From: the human T2T-CHM13v2.0 reference genome, Homo sapiens
Length of the DNA: 64,000 nt
Direction: 5' to 3' (one strand)
NCBI RefSeq assembly: GCF_009914755.1
Contig: NC_060925.1
Shown here one piece after another: positions 51,061 through 64,000 of this stretch (the first letter of the stretch is position 1; the number at the start of each line of letters is the position of its first letter). The notes under the pieces were generated by a model. That model did not search any database, was not told the origin of the DNA, and saw only the letters and a program-made list of their open reading frames with translations. Position numbers and translations under genes: made by a program.

Positions 51061-54000
51061 TATTTTAAAAAGTATTTTAACATACGTCTTTCCACATGTC
51101 ATCAAAATACTCTGCAAATATGAATGTGAACTACTGTGCACCACCCCCGGTGAGCCTCCCATGGTTTATGATTACAGCTCTCCTCTGTTAAGAATGACTG
51201 TGTCCTAATGTGACCAACAGTGTGCACTCTGGGTTTGACTTCTGTTTCCACCACTTTCAGGCTGTGTGACCTTAGGCAAGTTACTTCCCCTCGCTGTGCC
51301 TCCAGGTCCTCACCCATTTCATGGGGATAATAATAGCACTTTTCTCACGGGTTGATTTTGAATTCATTCAGCCACTGGATATAAAGCACCAAGCAAGAAC
51401 TCAGTAAATCTTAGCTATTATTATCTTTGCCTAAATCTCTCCAGATTATTCCCTTAGTCTAGATGCCCTGAGTGAAATCACCAGGTCCAAGGTAGAATTT
51501 TTTTTACTGTTCTTGATAGAAATGAATCAAAGTATGTGAGCAGAAATAAAAAGTCATTTCCTTGCCCTCGACCTTGCCTGCACCTTCCATGCCAGCCCGC
51601 CACCTCCTCTCCTCTTTTGGAGCCCCACCCCCTGCCCTTCCTCTCGACCTGCTGTGTGTGCCTGCGTGTGTGAAGGTGCCCGCATCTTCTTCCTGGTCAG
51701 GGGCCAGATCTCACATGGAATGGGGGGGTGAGGGGGAAGGAGGGTGGGTGGCAGAGGGAGTAAATAAAATAGGCAACCCAACCTGTCTCCTTCCAAGGTT
51801 TGGGACCTGTCCTGAGTGAAGTCGACCCTGGGGGACTGTCCCTCATCTGTCCCTAAAGCTCTCAGACTGGGAAGTATGAGGGCTGTGTGCCAGGCCACAT
51901 CTCACATGCCCTGCACGGGGTCCCCTCTCCGTGTCCACTCCTGGGGGAGTGGAGGGGAGCAAGTGGGGAGCTATCTGGGCCCCCAGGCTGCGGTAGAGGA
52001 TGGGTAAGGGTGTTTGGTTAGGGTGACAATAATCCTGATTTCTAAACCCTACATCAGAACATTTACCCTATCAAAGTATTGCCTCACTTATGAATGTATT
52101 CATATGAAATTCCAATAAAGGCTTAAGCCTTAACTCAGGTTTAATCCAATGTTTGAGAAATCACTATATTTTCAAAATGAGAGTGAAACTGCCCAAATTA
52201 GGATGCCCTGGGCAACCTGGGGTGGGTGGTTTCCGCAGCTGGGCCTGAAGCAGGCAGCCTGCAAGTCTAGAAATGGGGGCGATCTAAGTGCCTTGCTTTT
52301 GTGCGCATACCTGTCTTCTCCCGGCAGACCCTCAATGTCACCCCCACCCCCTGGCAACATGGGAGAGCTGAAAGAAAACCTCTGAGGGCTGCAAAATATG
52401 GAAAAAAAAAAAAAGTTGAAATTGACAAATGTTTAATGAAATGCCTTCAGAAAGTAGCATGTCAACTTCAATATTTGTTAAGTCACATGCCATTATATTT
52501 GAAAACAATTTGTAAGTTGGATTTTTGACAAGAGTTCCAGAATATGCAATATGATTAAAGAGAAAGCATAGCCAATAGTAAATTAAATGAGTTACTCATA
52601 GTCAAGTAATTTCAAAAGCAAATTTATAAAAACCCCTTTAAAGCAAAGCAGTTATATTTAATGAGGGGGTGTGGGTGCATTTTAAATGCAAGTGAGTGTG
52701 GGGCCTCCAAGAATCAGATGCAGGGTCTATAAAGGACTTACTTAAAATGGCTCAGCCCCGCAGTCCCACTCTGGGCCAGGGGGGTTGGCTCAGATTTTGG
52801 TCTTGCCGTCACCTTCAACTCTCCTGCCTCCCTAAATAGTCTGGGCAGATTTGGAGCAGCTACTGCTGCCACTGGCATCTTCTCTGAATCTGTGCAACAG
52901 ATATGCACAGCTGGAATTTCTGTCTCCCCTTTGCAGATGAGAGACTGACCTGGGTTTAAACCTGAGTGTTCTGTTTATTAGCTGGGCAAGTCAGCCCTCC
53001 TCCCTGACTTCCCAGGCCTGGAGGAGATATGCAAAGGGGAGTGGCTACCAATCCATTCCCACCAGGGTCCCAAGCTACTGCTGGGGTATGCTGGTGTGTC
53101 TACTACGCATTTGCCATGGTGGGGTAAAATACCTATGAGCACCTGGCATTGGGCTGAACTCTTTGTAAGTGTGAATGTACTTCCAGCTCCTAGAACTCTG
53201 CATGATATCTATCACCATATTCCCTCGCGTCAACAGGGAGAATGAGGTTCGGGAGGTTATGTAACTTATCCAGGATGACTCAGCTAATGAGTGCCAGAGC
53301 TGGGATTTGACCCCAGAACTGTCAGGCTGCAAAGTCTTTGTTCCTCCTACTCTATCATGGTCCCTGGGGTACGTGTCTGGTTGAGGGGGTCCCTCTAGGG
53401 GTGGGGTGCTCAGGGAAGGGACAGGGTCAGGCTCTGATGAGCAGAAGGATCAGTGCGGGTGAGTCTAGAGGCAGAAGGGTCATGGAGGAGGCTCCTGCCA
53501 CATCCCGGGTGTGATTGACAAGGACCTGGCTGGTGGCAGTGTGGGTGGAGAGGAGCTTTTGTGGGGAGGCTGCTAAGACCAGTAGTTAAGACAGAGGTGG
53601 CAGAGGTGGCCACAGGATTGTGATTGGCTGGCACAGCCTGATATGAGATCGAGAATGTGAATGCTCTGAGGCGGCTATTAGCCTGACCCCTCCCGGTTAC
53701 CTTATACCCATCCCAGTCCATACACTGCCAGAGAGGTACTGGGTTTGTGATCCCCGGGCTCTATCCCACGGCACAGCTGTCACTTATTAGCCATAAGATC
53801 CTGAAAATTTCTAGGAACTCTGAGCTTTAGTTCTCTGATCTATCAAATGAGGATATCGGGGTCCACGTGTATTGGTTTGCTATGGAGATTAAATGCTGTT
53901 TATAAGGCAGAGTTCAACGACAGGGGACTTGAACAACTATGGAGCTAGGTCAGAAACTCCACTGCGGGGACAGAGAAGGGTGGGCTAATTCCTTTTTGGA

Positions 54001-54438
54001 GAAAATAGCAATAATACCATGCTTGCTTTGTGCTTTATAATTTTCCACATTTGGTTTTTGCAACAGCCTTTTGAGTTGGTCAAGAGTGTGATTATTCCTC
54101 CCAGCAGCCTCAAATCCTTTTGGAACCAGGTGTGAGCTAAACAAAAGTTATAAAATGTTACAAGTCCATAATGGATAATGGTACTGAAAGTCAGAGAGTC
54201 CCATACTTTGCCTGGTCACAGGGATAGGAGGTGGAGAGTGGAGTGAGGACCTGGTGCTGGACTCCCAGCCCAGTGCTCTTATTTTGAGCTCCCTTTGGGA
54301 CCTGCTGGAGATTTGAGTCAGAGCCTGGCCAGGGGGCTAATTGGGGGTGGGAGGATGGCTCCAGGTGACCGTGAAGCTGAGGTGGGGATGGCGAGGGTGG
54401 AACAGGGTGTGAGGCCTGGGCCTTGATGGGGTCACTAA

Positions 54439-55313
<875 letters not shown>

Positions 55314-57585
55314 TCATTTCTTTCCCTGAATAACTGTTCTTTTTAAACCCTCACAGCAGCACTGTGTAGTATGTATTAGCGTTATCCGTATTTCACAGAT
55401 GGTTATCCTAATGCACAAAGAAATTAAGTAATCAGCTCTGGTCACTCAGCGGTCATCAGGTAGAGCCAGGACTCAGCCCCAGGCCCATCTGACTCCAGAT
55501 TCCAAGTGGAGCCATTATGGCGTATCTTCTCCAGTGGACTGGCAACCTCCAGAATCCTGCATGACCAGGCTGTCTCAGAGCATCTGAATCTCACATCAGC
55601 TGAGACACAGCGACATCCAGCCAGGATACGGCTGAGATAAGCGGCCTTCGGGTTTTGTCACAGGGTAGCAGGGGAACCTGGGACAATACCCAGCGGCCCA
55701 CCAACTGCTCCCTTGTTGGGGAATACTCCTTGCCTCGTAGCGTGGGTGAGCCTGCTCCTAGCTGGTCCTCCTGCCTTCCTGATGGCTTCCTCGCTGCCTC
55801 CCTCTCTCTACCCACCTCTTCCTTCTCCCCAGCAGGCCAGGAGGCCAATACCTGCTGCAGGTGCCTCGCCTTTCCTTGCAGCTCTTTCCTCAGAGCCTGG
55901 AGTCAGGATGGAAGTTGGTTGGGAGAGAAGCAGGTGCTGGGGCAAGGTGGAAGGAGGAGGGGCGAGAGGAGGAGAGGCTTCTCCATGGTGTTCATCGAAA
56001 GCCCTGGGTGGACAGATGCAAGATGGACCAGCAGCTGGTGTTCAGGAGGCCACTGGTCAGGCCCTCACTCCGTTCCCTCATGCAAATGTGACTGCCCATA
56101 GAAACCAACTCCCTCTAACCCAGCACACAGGAGCTGATAAGCTACTTATCAGCTTACAATAAAGACTGAAAACAACAAGCACAGGATTTTTTTTAAAAAG
56201 TCAACCAGAAGTGGCTTGATGAGCAATATATTGGAACCAGGGTTTCGAAGAGTCTGGGTCAGCCCTGGGCCTCCTTCTCCTCTGCACCCATGTGCACTTG
56301 AGCAGAGCCCTTCTGCCCAGAAAGTGCCTTTGTGGGTTTAGAAAAAGATGTCCCTTCCTTGGGTAGACACAGCCTCCTGATGGGGAGCACAGCTTGGCCA
56401 GCAGAGCACAGGCTGGCTTGCAGTCTCTGATCACCCAGAGGCTCTCGCGCAGCATGTAACCCACCTGACATCTGTGTCAGCCTGGCTGGGGGTCTCTGGA
56501 GCGCCCACAGCCTGAGGGTGCACGTGTAGCTGCATTCTCACTGATGCCACTAGTTCTTGTGCCTACTCTTGGAGGATGTCACCTATCCAGGTCTGAACGT
56601 TCCAGGCAGCATCCTACATGAGTCTGTAAATCAACTGAAGCTCCAGCAGCCCCCACTCCACCCAGTTGTGTCCTGCAGCTGAATACTTCTCAGTGCCCAC
56701 AGAGCTGCCAATCACCTCGGGTTGCCATGGGAGTGTGCATATTCATGCCTCAGTGTCCCCAGAGTGGCCGGCCAGAGCCCCACCCTGAAGAAGCCCAGTG
56801 CACGGCTCTCTCCTTTCCCTCTGTCACGTCCTCTCCCTGTGCACCAGATACCCTGCTGGGCTGCTTGAGCCCTGGGGTCACGCACAAACCCAGAGCTGAA
56901 ACATCCTCATGCCACCTTTGTGTGAGTTAGGAAAAGGTGAGCCTCCTGGGCAGATATACCCCTGAAAGCTCAAAGAACGAAGGGCATATTTTGGTAGAGT
57001 GTCTCTCCCTCCAGGTGACTGCAGCTGTGCAGCCTGAGTTTTTGGGTGAGCAGAGTGTAGGCTGGGTTTCAGCTCCTGCTTGCCCTTTGGCTGGTAGTCC
57101 TTGTGCAGTACCCAACTGGTCCACAGGGTGGCGGTACCTCCTGAGAACAGCTTCTGCCTGAGGCTGGGTTCTGGGAATGGATGGGCTGGGGCACCCTCTC
57201 TAGGCACCCATGCCCACTAACTCTGCAGCGGGCACACTTGGGGCCCCACTCACCAGCCTGGTGGGCAGGCTAGCTCATGTATGACCCCTCCAGTGAGAGC
57301 TATGGCTTAGGCTCATGCCAGGATCCCTACTAGGAGAGCTGCACTGCCACTAGCTGAGGTGGACCCCGTTTCTGCAGGGCAAGGCTGGAGCCACATGCAC
57401 ACACTGGCTTTTTGCCTGTCCTGTCCTAAGCCCCCACACCACCCACATTATCTCGTGACCACATTTTTCCTCCAGATAATGTGGGCCATGTGTGGTTAGG
57501 CCATATCTTCTTTTACATCGGCAAAACCTAATGGGGTTTCCAGACTCCTGCTCTTCATGTGGAATGCCTCTGAATTTCTAGATGA

Positions 57586-57912
<327 letters not shown>

Positions 57913-58744
57913 TGAGTGGATTTTCCAGTAACCTTCAGAGCTTTGAGGAAGGCCTAATTGTCAGCCTCATAGACTGGTCACACCCCAGGAGATAAAGCTC
58001 CTTGCTAAGAGCCCTGGCAGAAGATTACATGGGCTGTGGGTAGTCAGGACATGGAGGAAGCTCTAGGGTCTGGGGCACTTGGATAAGTCTCCAAGGAGGA
58101 GATTGGCTTTGACCAGATGGATGGGGAGAGCCTGCATGGAGGAGCAGGAAGGAGGAAGGCATTTGGGGACTGTGTTGGGGGCATCTTCCCATCCTGCTCT
58201 GGTGTGGGGTCAGTGCTCCAAAGGCCCACGGTAGAAGAGGATGGCACTGCCCTTCACTCTCAGACCAGTGCCTCCCTGAGATGGAAACCAGAGGATCTCC
58301 TTGCCTCCCTCAAAGAGAGAGAGAGAGGCTCTGCTGGCACAAGAAGCTTGTCCCATGGCACTTAGTCCAATAATTGTTCCCCGTGTGTGCTTAGCCCTGG
58401 GAACCTGCTGATCTTGGGTAAGGACACAGGGCCATAGCAGAGCCCAGGAAGGACACTTGGGGCTCCAAGGTTAGGTTCTTGGTATTAAGGTGAGAGACAA
58501 AATGATGGCCCTCTGACTGAGGAGATTTGGCTTAAAGAGGATGACCGAGCTCGCCACGTGGCACGGGATAGAAAAGAAGATTTGCTGGCCTCTTATGGAG
58601 TTAGGGTTGGGGTTGGCATGGGCTACTAGAGGGGAGGTGGTGGGGCCAATAGAGAGGGACAGGTCTGCAGAAAGCACTTTTCTATCCAAGCTGTAGGCCT
58701 TGGGTTTCTCAGTCTCACCCACCCTATCCACATAAGCCTCAGCG

Positions 58745-59815
<1,071 letters not shown>

Positions 59816-60956
59816 ACCAACCTCAGTGTTCTTAATAGTAAAAAGAGGCTAATAACACTACTTATTTCATGGAGAGGTGGTAAGAAATAAAATAATAGGC
59901 GCAAAGTAGCCACCATTCAGCTATTGAATAAAGGGTGGCCAATGTTCTCCGAATGCTACTTTCTGGGGTTGCACCAAGGGTGCTCCAAAACTCTTTCTTG
60001 GTCCCTGGGGAATGTGGCTTAAGTTCCTGCTCAAAGAACCGAAAAGCCCAAAGAGCTGTAGCTGCGAGGTGGCGCCTAACGGGCTGTCCCTCTACTGTGG
60101 TCAGAGCCGTGCCCCTTGCAGGTGGGTAGCGCTGAGAGCAGAGCAGCGCCCGCGGGACTGGCCTGAGGATCCCGCAGGCAGGAGGGACCCCGCGGGCCTT
60201 TCCCTACCTGGGAGGTGCACGGTTGGCCACCAGGGCGCGCTGCTGGACTCTCCCCAGAAATCGGGCGGAGGTTTAGGCCTCAGAGTCACTTAAACTTGTA
60301 ACCCTACCGGTAGCCGTGGAGTCTAGTAAATGTGGGGTCGGCTGGGGTTCGCCAGTCATCCCATGCTGCTGAGGGGCAGGCATGGGGCCCGTTGGCCACA
60401 GGAGACCTCCAGGCTTCTCTCCCACTCTTCTGCCTGCACCCCCTCTCGGGTAGAGGCTGCACCTCCTGCTTGGGTTCAGCCACCTTCAAATACTGCATCA
60501 ATGGCTCGTGCCTCTGCCTGCGGGGCTGGGCCAGCGCGGGAGAGGCAGGCGGAGGGTTCAGGGAGCTGGGGATCTGCGGTATGTCCTGACCCCACACACT
60601 TTGTGTGTGCCATAAAGCCACAGCCTTTCCTTCCCACCCAGCCCCGTCTGAATGAGAAAGCATCATCTCTGCTTTCTGTTTGATCCGGCAGTTCTCAGCC
60701 AGGCTGGAGGCGGCCTGGAATCCCAGATCGTCTACTGACACCCCTAGTTTCCCTCGCCGCTCCTCTGGAGGACGTCCTTAACCCCTGATGCTGCACCACA
60801 GGCAGAGCTGCCAGAACCCCACCACCACCAAGATTGCTACCTGGAGATTCCTGCTTGTCCCCCCAACCCCAGGTCAAACCCCTGCATGCATCCATGGCCC
60901 AGCTCCCGTGTTCTGGGGCCATCTTTATAACCTGCTGTGCATTCCTGCCAGATTGA

Positions 60957-61319
<363 letters not shown>

Positions 61320-61349
61320 ACATAGACAGTTTTTAAAAAATAAACTTAA

Positions 61350-61706
61350 AGCTTGAAACTCACCAGATCCAGACAATTAAATACCAGGCCTCTCAGAAGG
61401 TATCAAAGAACGGAAACTCACCAGATCATCACATCCAGACAATGAGATGCCAGGCCCCTCATTCATCATGATTGCTTCCTTAGCCCTTCAGAATTCCTGT
61501 TTTCCCATACATTGTTACATTTTTTTCTCTGCTATATAAACCCCTAATTTTAGCCAGTCAGGGAGATGGATTTGAGACTGATCTCTCATCTCCCCTACTG
61601 CAGCACTCTATTAAAGCCTTCTTCCTTGGCAGTAATCATCTCAGCCGTTGGCTATCTGTGCAGCAAACAGCAGGACTCAGACTGAATCCCTGGTGTTTCG
61701 GTAACA
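61350..61706 (+). mobile_element. ERV1 solo LTR fragment (MER39-like)
   Basis: TATATAAA, ATTAAA, 3' end ...ccctggtgtttcggtaaca. Confidence 0.6.
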
Positions 61707-61844
61707 AAATGGAGAGTTGCTATTCAAGAGGTATAAAGTTTCAGTTATACAAGATAAACATATTCTAGATATCTGCTATACAACACCGTGCTCATAGTTA
61801 ACAATACTGTGTACCTGTTTACTTAAAAATTTGTTAAGAGAGTA

Positions 61845-62346
61845 TGAGGCAGGAGAATAGGGTCTGGAGGCAGGGAACCTAAGGCTGATTCACACTGAAT
61901 TTCTAGAGCTAAATCGAAAGGAAAATCCCAACTTTCCATGCCTAAGTAACAAAAGGACCAGAAGCTACTCCCTTTGCAAACCCCCTGCTTTTCTGCTCTG
62001 CAGATGGAAAATGGACAGTTCCTCTGATTGGTTGCTTTCTGCAGCCAATCAGATATTTGCATAGAAGTGTAACTTTGTAACTTCACTTCAGCCTCTGATT
62101 GTGGACCACTATTCATTTGCATGGGGTGAACACCAAGTGGCCAATGGCAAACTTCTAGGAGGTATTTGGACCCCAAAAGATTCTGAATCCGGGCTCTTGA
62201 GCCCCTATGCTTGGCCTGCTCCCACCCTGTGGAGTGTACTTTCATTTTCAATAAATGAAAATTTGTTTGCTCCTTGTTTTGTTTGTGCGTTCTGTCCAGT
62301 TCTTTGTTCAAAATGCGAAGAACCTGAACGCCCTCCACTGGTAACA
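61845..62346 (+). mobile_element. ERV1 solo LTR (MER51-like) inside an L1M 3' fragment (about 61707-62390)
   Basis: TG...CA termini; TGAGGCAGGAGAATAGGGTCTGGAGGCAGGGAACC start; CCAAT boxes; AATAAA; flanks agta/agca. Confidence 0.8.
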
Positions 62347-62559
62347 AGCAGATCTCATTTTAAGTGTTTTTATTACAACTTAAAAAAGAAAGCTTTAATT
62401 TGTTACCTATTTGTATATTTATATATCTGTGTATGCCTAAATGCATACAAATAAAGGAATATTAATAGAGCCTTTATTATAATCTATTAGAAAATTATGT
62501 ACCAAAGGAGTAAAATTAGGATTTGGCTCTGTCATGTAAAATGACTCAGTTGTTTTGCA

Positions 62560-63840
62560 CCCAGATTACTAGAGGTTATTTTTTTCACCAAATTATTCTG
62601 TTAACTCTCAGTGTTTTTCACATGCTCTTAAAACGTCTTGTTAGAAATTCCCTTGGATAGCCCTGACCTGATTTTATTTGTTCATATTTTAAAATGCTAT
62701 CACAGACCTAAATTCACCCTTAAAGTAGAGACCACTCCAGAAATTAAATCAGCTCCAATGACTGAAATAATTGCCTGCATCTGGGTCTGCTGGCTGCTAA
62801 AGTGTAAAAGAGTAAGCATATACACTAATGGCAGATGCACTTTTGGGGAGTCTGTGAATTGGGAATGCTTTGGAAATGAAGAGTTTTCTAACCTCCACAA
62901 AAATCTGCAAAAATTGGATGACGGATTAAAAATAAAACTTTCAGCTGCTTTGCTGTTACCTGAGGAAATAGCTGTAATAAAAGTAGACCACCATTCAATG
63001 CACAAAGACCCAGAATTTCTAGTAATACTTTAGCTGGCCACCATGCTAACCCCAGTAGCGTCACCAAGATCAATGCTCCTGCAAATCACACAGAAAAGAG
63101 GGGTCTTGGAGGATTCAAAGAGGCCATTTTTAACTGTCAGAGACAAACCCCTGATTCCCAAAAGTAGAAAAGTGAAAAAATCTGGAAGTGGGAAAAGTTT
63201 GGATGTTCATGGCAAAAGAGACTATTTGATGCTGTCAGGATAGCTGACACATAATGGCGAATGATTTAAAGGGGAATTTCAGAAAAATGCTTTGCGATAT
63301 TACTCATAATAGCAGGGACAAATTGGCAACTATACTAAATCAACATTGGTGGGGGTAATTTTAGAGGTATTTCCAAGGATATTTTAAAAACTTGTCCTAC
63401 TGCCAACAATGCGATCCTAGCAAATGCAAAGGTGGGATATGAACAAGAACTAAGATCTCGAGGGCCCTTCAGACCTCCAATCACTTTATACAAATGCCTC
63501 CTGCAATGGACTAGAAATATGCTCTGATTATTTTGGTTTTTTTTTTTCTCCTTCAAGATGGATTAAAGCTTTTCCTTGCCGGAGAGTTATGGCTGTTATA
63601 ACTGTGGCAAAAATTTCTGCTTGATTTTGTTTTCCAACCTGGAATTTCCACTTATTTCTCTAATAATGACAACGACACTCATTTTACTGGTATTGTTATT
63701 AAGGAACTCTGTAAAGTTTGCCTTTTACCCAAAAACTTTACTGTCCTTATCATCCACGGTCCTCAGGAAAAACAGAGAGAACTAATGAAATTTGACAGCT
63801 AAGATGAACAAAGCTCCCTTAAACTCCAATGGTCTAAAAT
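62560..63840 (+). mobile_element. Decayed class I-like ERV pol remnant (RNase H and integrase)
   Basis: Peptide remnants VSIYTNGRCTFG, LLLPEEIAVIKV, NDNDTHFTGIVIKELCK, QKLYCPYHPRSSGKTERTNE, with frameshifts and stops. Confidence 0.75.
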
Positions 63841-64000
63841 CTTCTCTTTTCCAGCTGGAACCATAGAGGGTGTCAAAGAGAAGAAGAAGAAGGTTCCTGC
63901 TGTGCCAGAAACCCTTCAGAAAAAGAAAAGGAATTTTGCAGAGCTAAAGATCAAGTGCCTGAGAAATAAGTTTGCCCAAAAGATGCTTCAAAAGGCAAGG
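63841..64000 (+). pseudogene. RPL7 processed pseudogene, 5' part (runs off the window)
   Basis: TOP-like CTTCTCTTTTCC leader; start codon mutated to ATA (63863); translates (I)[45 protein letters not shown] with no intron. Confidence 0.9.

Noticed and set aside
61823-62347. 174-aa antisense ORF
   Set aside because: Lies almost entirely within a solo LTR; no homology evident.
62638-63785. Possible domesticated retroviral pol gene
   Set aside because: Motifs are spread over several frames with stops, and catalytic residues are degenerate.

Overview
Human genomic DNA; the gene content identifies it as the chr1p13.3 GNAI3-GNAT2-AMPD2 locus. The + strand carries the last three coding exons and the long 3' UTR of GNAI3 (G-alpha-i3), with MIR197 in the 3' extension. 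The - strand carries the complete 8-exon CDS of GNAT2 (cone transducin alpha, 354 aa), convergent with GNAI3. A CpG island at about 36.4-37.0 kb precedes the complete AMPD2 gene (AMP deaminase 2; 18 coding exons, 825 aa from ATG 37896) on +. The last 15 kb is repeat-rich intergenic DNA ending in nested L1/LTR elements, a decayed ERV pol remnant and the 5' part of an RPL7 processed pseudogene. The most notable structures read from the sequence are: (1) a chimeric U6 snRNA-SNRPE mRNA retrocopy with poly(A) tail and TSD in a GNAI3 intron (RNU6V); (2) a 229-bp, ~99%-identical direct repeat flanking GNAT2 coding exon 4, 2019 bp apart, which is an NAHR substrate; (3) an AMPD2 exon readable in two frames and an in-frame, stop-free G-rich intron. 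This is a well-studied locus: no wholly new biological system is claimed, and several top findings are probably already described. Repeat boundaries and subfamily names were assigned by eye and are approximate.
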